From the NCBI RefSeq assembly GCF_006345805.1, contig NC_042998.1, positions 170,376,001 through 170,440,000 on the forward strand: a stretch of DNA of 64,000 nucleotides, given 5' to 3'. A program made the translations under genes and the position numbers. This document shows, one piece after another, positions 12,850-25,984 of this stretch. Numbering within the stretch: the first letter of the stretch is position 1; the number at the start of each line of letters is the position of its first letter. The notes under the pieces were generated by a model. It did no database searches and was not told where the DNA came from. It worked only from the letters and a program-made list of their open reading frames with translations. This stretch comes from Octopus sinensis. Lineage: Eukaryota.

Positions 12850-13222
12850 CTGAGAAAACAAATTAAAATTTAAACATTAAATGTTAGCTAAGGTGAATTA
12901 CAAGTTTATCATCCAAAATTCATACAAATCTAACAAGACAAAATACAAAATACATTTATTGATTTTTTTTATACTCTTTCTTTTTCCTTTTTCTCTGTTC
13001 TTTTTTTGTTTTGTAAGTTACTCAGCAACTTCTTTAGAGCCAGTGGAATGGAAAAAGCATTCAGTACACAATGTGTACATCCAGCCATAAAGACCATACC
13101 AAAGCTAACACTGGAACTCAACACAGCTCTGCAGTTTGCCAGATTCTGAGGAACTGTCCAACATATGTCAGCATGAAAAATGAACATTAGACAATAATAA
13201 TAATAATAATAATAATAATAAT

Positions 13223-13590
13223 CAAAATGATGTGACATCTCAAGACAGTTACAATACCAGTGATTGCAAGAGCACTTGGAATGATCAAAAAAGGAACTGA
13301 AAATTATTTAAGAATGATCCCTGGCTTACCATCTATGCAGGAAGTGCAAAAGATTGTCTTAACTGGTATGTCATATGTACTGAGAAGAGCTTTGTCGCTA
13401 TGAATTTTCTTTCCTTTTTTTCCCATTTTATTTTGTATTTTTTCCTTTTTCTCTATCACACGACTTTGTAAATGAACAATCTGGTGTGTTTACTGTAATG
13501 GCCTACCAATGTATACAATGTGTTTCTCTGCCCTAAGTGTCAGGAAGGCACTTGGCAGGAAATGGAAACAATTGAAAGAAGATGCTAATG
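13223..13590 (+). mobile_element. R4/Dong-clade non-LTR retrotransposon 3' fragment between (TAA)n tracts
   Basis: Translates to LKTVTIPVIARALGMIKKGTENYLRMIPGLPSMQEVQKIVLTGMSYVLRRALSL*, paralogous to the C-terminus of ORF 13709-14137. Confidence 0.75.
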
Positions 13591-13614
13591 AAAATAATAA
13601 TAATAATAATAATG

Positions 13615-13661
<47 letters not shown>

Positions 13662-13677
13662 CATAATAATAATAATA

Positions 13678-14334
13678 TATTCACTGGGTAATTTGCAAAA
13701 ACCTGGATTTGCCCCATGAAAAAAACTGGTGGGAACACAATCCACCTCCAGTGCTTGAAAATGACCACATCTCACTCCTCTGGAACTTCACCATTCAAAC
13801 TGACAGAAAGATAGATGCAAATAGGCCAGACATCATATTGAAAGACTTCAGACAAAGAACATGCCTCCTCATTGATATGACTGTCCCAATCAATATAAAC
13901 GTATCTGTCAAGACCTACGAAAAACTGAGCAAATATAAAGATCTTGAAATAGAAATCAGCAAAATGTGGAACCTGAAGACTAAAACAATACCTGTTGTCA
14001 TAGGTGCCCTGGGAATGATAGCGAAAGGGGCTGATTGCTACCTAACTCAGATACTAGGAAACCCCAAAATGGCAGAAATTCAAAAGATAGTGCTCATGGG
14101 AACTGCTCATATCCTACGCAAAATACTCTCTATGTAATCCCAAGGTTTAAAACAAACTTTTTTTAAAAAAATTTATGTATTAGACATTCACTAGTACAAC
14201 ACCAAAAAAACAACAACAAATATATGGCACACTAGGCATAACAACAACGTGAACTTCCAACCTGTTGTCTCTTGAGGTCTCTGGGTGAGACTTGGAGCCA
14301 ACTTGTACAGATATAAAACAAAAGTCAAACATAG
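13678..14334 (+). mobile_element. R4/Dong-clade non-LTR retrotransposon 3' fragment encoding a restriction-like endonuclease
   Basis: ORF 13709-14137 contains LLWNFTIQTDRKIDANRPDIIL...LLIDMTVP...EKLSKYKDL...PVVIGALG, the PD-(D/E)xK RLE domain of R4-type elements; flanked by (TAA)n on both sides. Confidence 0.88.
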
Positions 14335-14359
14335 AATAATAATAATAATAATAATAATG

Positions 14360-14423
<64 letters not shown>

Positions 14424-14424
<1 letters not shown>

Positions 14425-14770
14425 CATTTAACATCCATTTTCCATGCTGGCATGGGCTGGATGGTTTGACTGAAAACTGGTAAGCCAGGGAGCCGCACCA
14501 GATTCTGATCTGATTTGGCATGGTTTCTACAGCTGGATGCTCTTCCTAACGCCAACCACTCCAAGAATGTAGTGGGGTTTTTTTACATGCCACTGACATG
14601 GGTGCCATTGACCTGACACCAGCATTGGCCACAACTATGGTCTCACTTGGCTTGACAGGTCTTCTCAAGGTCTCATTGCCTCCATGAGGCCCAACATTTG
14701 AAAATCATGTTTCACCACCTCATCCCATGCCTTCTTGGGTCTACCTCTTTCACAGGTTCCCTGAATCATT
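14424..14770 (-). mobile_element. RTE LINE 3' end fragment
   Basis: Same 3' tail as 29028-29200 plus the GRPRKxWDEVVKHD coding end. Confidence 0.75.
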
Positions 14771-15644
14771 AGAGGGTGCTTTTTACCAATTCTTTCTACT
14801 ATTGGAACAAGGGCTGAAATTTAGGGAGAAGGGGATAGTCAATTACATCAATCCTAGTGTGTAACTGGTACTTATTTCCTCAACCTCAAAAGGATGAAAG
14901 GCAGAGTTGGTCTTGGCAGAATTTGAACTCAGAACATAAGGACAAACAAAATGCCACAAAGCATTTTGCCCAGAGTGCTAACATTTCTGCCAGCTCACTG
15001 CAATAATAATAATAATGACATCAACGATGACAACGTTGTTATTCAGTATGCAAACACATGAATGTATAATAAATATGCAAACAGGGATCTTGTTTGCATA
15101 TGAGAGAAGCACAACAATCCAGAACTTGCTACAGTAACCAACAAGCAAGTCTTGGGGGTATTTCAATAGATTATACATTTTGATACAGTTCAGGAATTCT
15201 ATTGTTGCTATTCATTAACATTGGATTCTTTCATTGACAAAGAGCCTTTTTTTCCTTTTTCTCCCATTGTTGCTATTTAATTATTTAATGATAGCCATAC
15301 CATTCTACCTCATTTCTTCCTACTGGGCCTTGGAACCAATGCCACCACTCGCATCAAGGTTCTGGGCATAGTGATCAAGTTGAAGGACTGACCCAGACAG
15401 GGTGTTCATGTCTCAGCAGAACTCCACTTCTACTCATATGGCTTTTACACATAGGAATGGTTAGTTGAGAATTTTCCCAATCATATGAACCTCAGTATGT
15501 GGCCACACATATTCCCTGATATGAAATCCCTACGCTACTGAATTTGGGCATCATCTGTCAGGTGAGAGGCTGGCCAGCAGTTCTATGAGCTGTTACTGGC
15601 ACTGAAGGAAGTTTTGTGGAGTAGCATGATTTTTTGATGTTTCT

Positions 15645-15979
15645 GTATGGTAAGAAACTTGCTTCTCAACCACATGGTTGTGGGTTTGGTCCCACTGCAT
15701 GACACCTTGGGCAAGTGTCTTCCACTATAGCCCTGGGCTGACCAAACCTTATGAATGGATTTGGTAGATGGAAACTGAAAGAAGCCCTTCATGTGTGTGT
15801 GTGTGTGTTTGTCCCCATCACCACTTGACAACCAGTGCTGGTTTGTTTATCTCCCCATAACTTAAAGGTTCGGTATAAGTACCAGGTTTTAGAAAAAAGA
15901 AAAGTACTGGGGATGATTCATTAGATTGTGCCCCAGCATGGCCACAATCTAATGACTGAAACAGGTAAAAGGTAAAAGA
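15645..15979 (+). mobile_element. tRNA-derived SINE, family A (diverged)
   Basis: Homologous body and tail; degraded head. Confidence 0.8.
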
Positions 15980-16439
15980 TGAAAGATGTGTTCCATTTTT
16001 CAGGGGTGCTACACAGTTTATGGACACCCCCACCACCAAACATCTTTTTTTCGGGGAATATGTTGTTTATTCTGTTTTATGTCAATGTTGTTTTGTTTTG
16101 TTCTCACTTGCCTGATTCATCCTGTATATTTTCCATAACACATTTCTACATCATAAATAATCCAACTGGCTTAGCAGCATACAGTTTCACAAATATATTT
16201 ATGTAAGTTTTCCCCTGAGTGTTCTAAATTAAAACCTGAAATTATTCTGTTTCTGAATAAAGTTTCATTTTCATTTGTTTTCTGAAACTAAACTTTTGTG
16301 GTTGTCTCTATGAATAATATTAGAATTTCCCCTGATACATTTATCAAAATGAAACAGTAGGATTCAAAGAAACTAACGAATGACAGTACTATCAAATTCT
16401 AAGAAACTAATGACAGTGCTATCAATTCTAATTCTCTCC

Positions 16440-18212
16440 CATTGGTCCTTTTCGCAATCCCCACACAAGCCAGATTACTGACAATCTCAAAGTATGTGCA
16501 GAACTCATTGTTGAATGTTATGCAGGCATTTTTACTGCCAAAATCCAAAACATACCATCACCACTGCTTCTGATACCAAATTCCATGACAACTATGGAAT
16601 CTACACCTGCAATGCTGTAATGTCACCTTAAGAATAAGCACAACTATGCCTCTTCTGGTCTTGATGGTGTTACATACCTGCTTCTCAAACATAGTGGGTA
16701 CTTTCTTCTGCACCAGCTTTCACTCTTCTTTCAGTTCTGTCTTAACAATGGTGCTACTCCAGAGCAGTGGAAAATTGCAAGTGTCATTCCTCTGTTCAAA
16801 AAGGGTGACTGCACATTGCCTGTCAACTATCATCCAGTCAACTGTCTGATGGAATCCTGTGTCAGAGAAACACCCTGGAACTTCTGGAATTCTCACAGCC
16901 TTATCTGACCTTAGCAATTTGGATTTATCCCTAACTCCAGCTGCTGTGACCAACTTATTGAGTTTCTTGAAGAAATCATGTGGCTCACTGATGGCGGCTC
17001 ATGGGTGAATGTTGCTTACCTTGACTTTGCTAAAGCTTTTAATTCTGTGTCACACAAAAGACTTATGGCAAAACTCTCTGCAATGGGTGAGAATGATGAT
17101 CTTTTTAACTGGTTGGAGTCCTTCATTCTCAGCCGAAAAGAGGTAGTCATGGTTCTAGAACAGCCTTCTTCACCCTATGAGATGATGTCTGGTGTACTGC
17201 TGGGATCTGTTCTTGGTCCCCTTTTGTTTGTTGTATACATTAATGACATAGATGCTAACTTAAAGAATGCCACAGCGCTGAAATATGTAGATAAAAAGGA
17301 CAGATCCTGAACAGTATAGATCTTTTCTGCAAATGAACCTGGATACAATGCAACAATGGAACACAGTCTGGCAACTCAAGCTGGCTGTGGACAAGTGTAT
17401 CACCATGCATTTTGGGAGGAAAAACCCAGCATCCACATACTCACTCCACAACACTAATATCAAGAAGTCTTCCTGTGGATGTGATCTGGGCATTACTGTC
17501 AGCAGTGATTTGCTCCGGACAAAGTATATCTATAAAATTGTCAAGAAGGCCAAGGGTGTCTTAGCCTCACTCAACAAGACCTTTGTCAGCTGCTCTCCAG
17601 CTATCTATTTAAAGTTGTATATGGCTATGGTGCAGCCACACTTGGAATTTACATCATCAGTCTGGAACCCCTATCTTGCTCAAGACATTGACCTCCTGGA
17701 AACTATTCAGAGACATGCAACCAAGCAAATACTCTCCATCAGGCATCTATCATACACTGAACGCCTTGTTCCCTGGGCATAGATACATTGAAGCTCCAGC
17801 ATCTGGCAACTTACTTAGTAAACACCCACAAAATTATTAACCATCGCACCTTGAACACCTTTTTGAGCTCCATGTGTCTAACACATGTGGACATGCCTAC
17901 GAAGTCAGAAAACAGCACAGCTCCCATGACTTTCAGAAACATTTTTTCACACTCAGAGTCACTGAAACATGGACCAAATTACCTGCATCAGCTGTTAGTT
18001 GCCAAGACATTGCATCCTTTAAAATCTCCATGCTTCCTGAAATTCACCAACACTATGCCTGATATCCCCCCTCCATACGCATGCACACATGCATATCATG
18101 ACTCATACACTGTTCACTTTACTGACTTTTGTACATAATTCTATGTACTGTACATGCACCTTTGATGAGTTGTAGTGCACCTGAGCAATAATTTCATTAT
18201 TGTTCATTATTA

Positions 18213-18267
<55 letters not shown>

Positions 18268-18280
18268 TATTATTATTATA
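16440..18280 (+). mobile_element. CR1-type LINE, 5'-truncated and frameshifted, with (TTA)n tail
   Basis: RT motifs VAYLDFAKAFNSVSHKRL, GSVLGPLLFVVYINDID, WQLKLAVDKC, MVQPHLEFTSSVWNPY...LETIQRHATK and the CR1 C-terminus NT(R)GHAY...FFTLRV..WxKLP. Confidence 0.9.
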
Positions 18281-18805
18281 TCCTGATTGCCACCATTACC
18301 ACCACTAATCACCAGCATTACCAGCATTCAACACCACTATCAGCACTATCATCACCAATAGTGGCACTATAATTGCTATTAGCAACAACACTACCTCCAC
18401 CACCACTACCACAAACACCACCACCATCACCTTCACCATCATGACCATCACCATCACTATCCCAAACACCACCACCATCATTATCATCACCACCACCACC
18501 ACCACCATCACACCACTATCACCAACACCACTACCATCCCAAACATCATCATCACCACAACTATCACTACCGCCATAACCAAAACCACCAGCATCACCAT
18601 CATCCCCCATTCCAAACACCACCACCATCATCATCATCATCATCATCATCATCATGACCACTAACACTGCCACCATAACCAATATCACCAACACTGCCAC
18701 CACCACCACCATCCTGCATCCCAAATGCCACCATCGCCACCATCGCCACCACCACCACCATCATCATCATCACCACCACCGCCACCATCACAGATGTCAT
18801 CAGCA
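18281..18805. repeat. (CAC/CAT)n trinucleotide low-complexity tract
   Basis: Directly visible; source of the poly-H/T/V/M ORFs. Confidence 0.9.
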
Positions 18806-18841
18806 TGCTAAAAAATGTGTTACGGATGTGAAAGTACTTAC

Positions 18842-18956
18842 AGCATTAATCTCCTCCAATATTTTTTCAATTCCAACCACCGCTTCATGTAAGAAGGCAC
18901 AGTCTTCATGTCGTGCTGCTGTTGATTTATAAAGGCGGTTCAGTAGAAGTGGATAC
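18842..18956 (-). CDS. RhoGEF DH C-terminal exon (K-YPLLLNRLYKSTAARHEDCAFLHEAVVGIEKILEEINA)
   Basis: ctctctttacag| acceptor, GCT|gtaagt donor, 115 nt, phase 2/0. It completes PVQRIMKYPLLL...HED...IN. Confidence 0.95.
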
Positions 18957-19139
18957 CTGTAAAGAGAGAAATATAAATGACATTTGGCAAGTAGTTTAGA
19001 GTAGTGGTCTCCAAAATTATTTTGGCATAAGAACCCATTAAACAATTTTCCTAAAAACTGCAAAACACGCTGCTTATATTTTATGAACACCCCAACCACC
19101 AACCAGTTTTAAATGAATCAAAATTATTTCAAAAAGAGA

Positions 19140-19205
19140 ATAAATAAATAGACAGAGAGACAGACAGGCAGGCAGGCAGGTAGACATGCAGACAGATAGA
19201 CAGAC

Positions 19206-19280
<75 letters not shown>

Positions 19281-19405
19281 CAGGCAGGCAGGCGGGCAGG
19301 TAGACGGACAGACAGACAGACGGACAGATGGATGGATGGATGGATGGTCATATAGATAGATTGATAAAGAGATAGATAGATGGATGGATGGATGGACAGA
19401 TGGAC

Positions 19406-19480
<75 letters not shown>

Positions 19481-19540
19481 CAGACAGGCAGACAGAGTGA
19501 GAGAGAGAGAGAGATGGACAGATTGTTAGTCAGACAGATA
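19140..19540. repeat. (GATA)n/(GACA)n/(GATG)n tetranucleotide array
   Basis: Directly visible. Confidence 0.95.
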
Positions 19541-19779
19541 AAACCAACTGACTTATTTTGAAAATGACAAATAACATTTTATTAACTTCTATTAAAAGAC
19601 ACCTTGTCTTTTGGAACACAGAATCTTTTTCACAGAACTGTATGTTTGAAAAAGCAGGCAGTATGATTGAGCAAAAAAATGTTTCTCAAAATTATAAAAT
19701 TTTTGAAATCAAAAATGAAAATGTTGCAATTAAATGAATAAAGTCACACAGAAGTCTTACTAACACAGAAAGTCTTACG

Positions 19780-20138
19780 AACAATAACTCTGAGCACCTT
19801 TTCAAACTCCACCTGTCTAACACCTGCAGATATGTTTACAAAGTCAGAAAACAGCACAGCTCCCATAACTTTTGGAAACATTTTTTCACACTAAGAGTTG
19901 TTGAAGCATGGAACAAACTGCCGGCATCAGTTGTTAGTTGCATCCTTCAAAACTTCCATGCTTCCTGAGATTCGCCAGCACTACACCTGATTTTCTCCCC
20001 TCCATACACACGCAAGCATGTATCTGACTCATACACTATTCACTTTCCAGACATTTGTACATTACTGCGTCTGCTTTATACGCACTTTTGACAAGTTGTG
20101 GTGCACCTGAGCACTGTATACAATAATTTCATTATTAT
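19780..20138 (+). mobile_element. CR1-type LINE 3' fragment
   Basis: Homologous to 17850-18200 and 36590-36877. Confidence 0.85.
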
Positions 20139-20160
20139 TTTAGAATAAAATATATTAATG

Positions 20161-20266
20161 AAAGTCATATTTAACATGCTCAAGCACACTCAAAAATAGG
20201 AAGACCTTCTGCAGCAGAAGGCCTTCCCATGTCTGAGTGCATTGCAACATGTTAAATATGACTTTA
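20161..20266. repeat. ~105 bp imperfect palindrome (foldback/MITE-like)
   Basis: aaagtcatatttaacatg...ggaagaccttctgc-a-gcagaaggccttcc...catgttaaatatgacttt. Related half-copies near 25855-25890 and 53236-53288. Confidence 0.75.
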
Positions 20267-20544
20267 TACAAATATATTTTGTTCAATAATGTTTTGTGCA
20301 ACTTTGTTCATTTATTTCTAGCTTGACCAAGCTTTATGCACATCAGCAAATGGGCCATGTGGTGTTCTAATATAAGAACAGATTGATATTTATCAGGCTG
20401 TAAAGGACAGGTTTAGTGGTTCATTACTGATAAATGAAAAAACATAGAAATACATGTGTCCTATGAACAAATGACATCATTTATGGCCCAAATGTGTGTT
20501 TCTAATTTTCCACAACAGAAAGTTTACCAACATTGAAGCATGTT

Positions 20545-20769
20545 ACTCTTAACTCTCTTTACTCTTTTACTTGTTTCAGTCATTTGACTGTGGCCATGCT
20601 GGAGCACCATCTTTTTAGTCGAGCAAATCAACCCCAGGACTTATTCTTTGTAACCCTAGTACTTATTCTATCGGTCTCTTTTGCCGAACCGCTAAGTTAC
20701 GGGGACGTAAACACACCAGCATCGGTTGTCAAGCGATGTTGGGGGACAAACACAGACACACAAACATAT

Positions 20770-20815
<46 letters not shown>

Positions 20816-20977
20816 GACGGGCTTCTTTCAGTTTCTGTCTACCAAATCCTCTCACAAGGCTTTGGTTGGCTCGAGGCTATAGTAAAAGACACTTGTCCAA
20901 GGTGCCACGCAGTGAGACTGAACCCGGAACCATGTGGTTCGTAAGCAAGCTACTTACCACACAGCCACTCCTACGCC
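20545..20977 (-). mobile_element. tRNA-derived SINE, family A
   Basis: Full-length reverse-complement copy. Confidence 0.9.
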
Positions 20978-21217
20978 TGTTAAGCATGACTTCATAAGAA
21001 AATGTTATGTATAATCTGCAGCATCTATACAACACAAATTTAGGACAACTTTTTATGCTAGGTAGTTGTGCAGGTATACAAATTATGAAATTTCTCTCTC
21101 ACTCTCTCTACCAGTCTCTCTCTCTCTTTCATTCTCTTTCTCTCTCATTCTCTTTCTCTCTCCTTCTCTCTCTTTCTCTCTCTCTTTCTCTCACTTTCTC
21201 TCTATCTCTCTCTTTTG

Positions 21218-21258
<41 letters not shown>

Positions 21259-21382
21259 CTTAATACAAATTATATTTCTTTCACTTTGTATACATATAGA
21301 AAAAAATGATATTTACTATTGAAAAAAAAAATGCAGAAATAAGATAGCAATGCTGTAACCTGACCTACTTAGAATAAGATGC

Positions 21383-22772
21383 ACAAGTCAATAATGAGAT
21401 TTCTCAGCCCTCCTATGTGCATCCCTCTTTTTACAGTTCTACAATATACTTGTCCCAGTTCTACAATATACTTCACCTTCTCCCAACTTTACATTACGTT
21501 CTCCCTTTTTCCAGTCCTTTGATGTGCACACTCTTCTCCTTCTATCAACCCTACATTGTGCATCCCTATTAACAATTCTTTTTTTGTACAAATTGCTCCA
21601 GCCATCACCTTCTTTCCACAAACCGGAAAATGTGATTGAAAATTAGAATTAAATCGCATGCAAGATATTTATAGTTTTATTGTCATTCGTATATTATTAT
21701 CCAGTAAATATGTTATGTGGCCTTGCTTGTCGCATAACTTATTGATCAACGTTGTTTATACAGGTTGCAACATGATACACGTAGGCAGGTAGTGTGTGTT
21801 TATGTGTGTGTATGTGTGTGTGTTTGTGTGTTTGTGTGTGTGTGTTTGTGTGTTTGTGTGTATGTGTGTGTTTGTGTGTATGTGTGTGTGTTTGTGTGTA
21901 TGTGTGTGTGTGTCTATGAGAGAAAGAAAGGGGAGAGGGTAAGAGAAAGTGAAATGAAGAAAGAGAGGAAGAAGGAAAGGAAGAAAGAAAGAAAGGAAGA
22001 AAGAAGGAAAGAAAAAAAGAAAGAAACAAACAAACAAACAAAGCACTTATGACTGAATACTACTTTCTGTATTGTTGCTAGGGTGGGGCAATGGTGTTAG
22101 TCTTCTCCAGGCAATGCTTTTTTGAAGACAGCACATTTGGGCCTCCTGTATAAGCTAGTATAAACTTTGGAACCTGAGTGGGGGGGGGGGCAACCCAAGG
22201 GCTACTCCTGTGCCACACACTCTAGCTATGTCACTCGTAATTCTTAAACTTCTTTCAACTTTTACCCCTTTTCTTTTTATTAGTATGTTTTCATCACATC
22301 TTTGTTATGATTCAATATTACCGTCTTCCATTTTTAATGTACATGCACATTATATCAGACTAGAGTGATTTTGTTCCAGGTATTAATAGGACATAGGTAA
22401 CTAAGGCGGCAAGTTGGCAGAATTGTTAACACGCTGGGAAAAATAATATATGAATGACAATAAAACTATAAATATCTTGCATACAATTTAATTCTAATTT
22501 TCAATCACATTTTCCAGTTTGTAGAAAGAAGGTGATGTATGGAGCAATTTGTACAAGAAGAATCGTTAATAGGGATGCACAATGTAGGGTTGATAGAAGG
22601 AGAAGCTCTTAACAGGAAGAAGAGTGTGCACATCAAAGGACTGGAAAAGGGGAGAACGTAGTGTAGAGTTGGGAGAAGGAGAAGTATATTGTAGAACTGG
22701 GACAAGTATATTGTAAAACTGTAAAAAGAGTGATGCACATAGGAGGGCTGAGAAATCTCATTATTGACTTGT
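21383..22772. repeat. ~320 bp inverted repeat pair (arms 21383-21698 and 22442-22772)
   Basis: The arms align base by base as reverse complements with scattered substitutions and one short indel. Confidence 0.9.
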
Positions 22773-24159
22773 CCATCTTTACATTCTGAGTTCAAATGCC
22801 ACCAAGGTCAGCTTTGCTTTTTATCATTTTGGGGTCAATAAAATAAATACCAGCTGAATACTGGGGTCAATGTAATCAACTTAGTTCCTTCCCTGAAACT
22901 GCTGGCCCTGTGCCAAAATTTGAAACCAATATGACATAGGTGACTACTTACCACATCACGACCCTACTATAAGCAAATACCATATGAATTGATGGAATAT
23001 TTTGATTTTGTTTAATTATTCACATTTCAAAATTTATTTTATTATTGTTGATGTTATTGTAATTGTTTTCGTCATTGTTGTTATTGTGAATGTGGTTAAC
23101 AAGTATTTTATTATTAATTACATTAAAGTTTTGGTAAATTTATTGAAGAACAAGTATCTCAATCTCAATGAAAAATATTTATTTCTCTTTGCTTCTTTCA
23201 TATGCTAACAACTAATCTGACCTCTGAACATGCAGTAAAAGACATTTTCCCCCCAGAAAATGAAGAGAGATAGTGAGATGGGATTGTTGAAAAAGTTTCC
23301 CCACCCTGACCCCACATACTTCAGAGATTTTTTTAAACATTTTTTCCCATACATTATCAATGAATATGACCTCCAAACCAATCAGAAACAACTAACTTTG
23401 TAGAAAAAGGAGATGGGAAGGTGAGGCTGAAGACCACTGGAGTTTTGAAGGCTTACATGTATTTGGTGGGAAATTATATTTTTCATTTTTTTCATTTTCT
23501 TGTTGAAGTATTATCAATGAATCTGACCTCCAAACATGTTGCAAATGACCATTTTTTGGGGGGAGGGGAGAGTGGCAAACCCACTAATCTCCCCACACAC
23601 ACCTCAGAGTTTTTTTGTTTTCTTTACAATATTTCTTTTTTATAAGTGTTCTCAATGAATGATCTTCAAAACAGTTGGTGATTATTCATTCTTTGTTACA
23701 TTAGTGGGTGGGGATGGAGTTTTCTCTGCAATTAGAGCCATCTTGCATTTGAGGTGCAATTTTTTTTCTGGGTATTTTGGTGTATATTCAATGCATATTG
23801 CTTTCAGAACCATTGGAAATTGTTCGTTATTTAGTTAAGCATATCTCAAAACTAATGTTGAGGGTGAATAATTCATTAGGGCTTTAAAGAAACATGCCAA
23901 CCAACTAGCCTTAAGATTAAAAGTAAATAAATTAAAGAATAGTTAAAAGATATTTCTATTCTAAAGATGTCATTAAACTTAGCAACATCACTCATAGAGA
24001 TTGGTACTGACAAAACCAGGATTGTATACCAGCAGAGAACAGGTACTAAGCATAACATTTGACTCTATCAATGTATATTTGAAGAAAGTTGCCAATGTTG
24101 TTCCATAAAAACCAATCCAATTTACTGTGTTATATTGTTTAGTACATTGAAGGAGTAAC

Positions 24160-24510
24160 ATCATCATCATCATCATCGTTTAACGTTTGCTTTCCATGCT
24201 AGCATGGGTTGGACAATTTGACTGAGGACTGGCAAACCAGATGGCTGCACCAGGCTCCAATCTGATCTGGCAGAGTTTCTACAGCTGGATGCCCTTCCTA
24301 ACGCCAACCACTCCGAGAGTGTAGTGGGTGCTTTTATGTGCCACCAGCACGGGGGCCAGTCAGACGGTACTGACAATGGCCACACTCAAATGGTGTTTTT
24401 TACGTGCCACCTGTACAGGAGCCAGTCCAGCAGCATTGGCAAAGACCTCGCTCAAATGTTTTTTTTCACGTGCTACCGGCACAAGTGCCAGTAAGGCGAC
24501 ACTGGTAACA
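24160..24510 (-). mobile_element. RTE LINE 3' UTR fragment with (GAT)n tail
   Basis: Homologous to 8068-8525. Confidence 0.8.
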
Positions 24511-24655
24511 TAGTTAATAAATTCTAGGTTTTTATTCATTTACTTAATTTCCTTGTATTTTGGCTTTATTGTAGATATGTGAATGCCATGAGAGTTCATT
24601 AGGAATAACAAGGCTTAGAAAATTGTAAAGTTTGAATGTAATGCTTAATACTTAC

Positions 24656-24801
24656 TTCATAATTCTTTGTACAGGGATCATTAGAAAAGATTTTAGATTC
24701 ATACGCCGGAGTAGACTATTTTCAGCCTGCGATACTTGCAGGAATGCCCGTAGAACTTCTCGATCTCTTTCGAGCTGTTCTAAGATTTCTATTGCAGATG
24801 T
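24656..24801 (-). CDS. RhoGEF DH exon (TSAIEILEQLERDREVLRAFLQVSQAENSLLRRMNLKSFLMIPVQRIM-K)
   Basis: cattttctttcaacag| acceptor, AA|gtaagt donor, 146 nt, phase 0/2. LKSFLMIPVQRI is DH conserved region 3. This frame is not in the ORF track. Confidence 0.95.
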
Positions 24802-25984
24802 CTGTTGAAAGAAAATGAAATAACTGAGCCATCATCATTTTTTTTTTTTTTTTTTGTATTATCTTTTTTGGCAGTTTTGTGGTTCTGATTTCTCCACATA
24901 AAGTCAATACAAAAAAAAAACTGAGAAGTAAACTAAAAGGAAAATGACAACTGAATGAAAAACGATCTAGGATTAGACCTAAAAATCATTTAAAATATTA
25001 GAACTAATTTAAAGTCAAACATAAATGACATGTATGACAGAAAATGAGTAAAGTAGTGACCGGTAGGTCTCTAACTCCATCTCATGGTTGATACCTTGAT
25101 ATGTAGTTTTAGTTTCCTTCTAGTTCCTCTCCTATTGTTGCTCTTTCAAATAAAGTCTATAAGTGGTACTCTATCATAAAGATGGTGTTTCACTGTGGCC
25201 TCAAACATGATAATAAAATTAACTCTTTTGTTTCTGCATTCACACCTAGCTTAATTACTTTAGCAGTTAAAAAAAAAGCATATACCAAATTTCATCTGGC
25301 AGGGTTAGATCTTTTGATTAAGTCTAATCATTCACAACACCTTGTGGTTATAGATGATCCCTTCATGAAAAAAATTTTCTTTATTTAAGGTGGAAAAGTG
25401 TGATTTAGAGACATTTAGCTCTGTTTCTAGCAGAATGAGTAACCATGTAGGGGTTTCATTAAGGGTTTCTATTATACTGCAGCACTGATTTTAAGATTTC
25501 CTAAAGGCTCGAGGCTATGATAGAAGCAATCATATTTCATCCCTATTTTGACAATTTCTATCTCTACTTATCAAAAAAAAAAAAAAAAAAAAAGCCCAGA
25601 AGACTATAAGAACGTGTCTTCTATCAGAATCAAACAAAAAGTAAAAATTCATATCAATGTCTCAAGCAATCAGTGTGTCATCGTTATTGTTGTCATCATC
25701 ACTGTCATCATCATCGTCATTGTCATTTTTATGTCTCCTTAGCATGCATTCTACAATCTAATGATATCATTTATAGCCTAGTTGTGTCTACACCCATATT
25801 GTCTATAAAGAGAATTTCTTCTCTCAAACCAATTTATGCAGCCTACGGTCTTTGCATGTCCTAGTGTACTTGGACATGTTAAATATGACTGAATCTGTCA
25901 ATTTACCATTTATATCTACAAAGGCCTAAAAGAAAACATGCGGTAATAAGTTGTGCGATGCAGAGTTTGTTTGAATGAAATATA

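Noticed and set aside
18305-18932. Poly-His / poly-Met / poly-Val proteins
   Set aside because: (CAC/CAT)n low-complexity intronic tract; the real exon nearby is 18842-18956 on the minus strand.
20533-20997. Recurrent 100-150 aa ORFs such as ...LSVSFAEPLSYGD...YQIHSQGFG...
   Set aside because: Antisense translations of SINE family A; they recur only because the SINE recurs.
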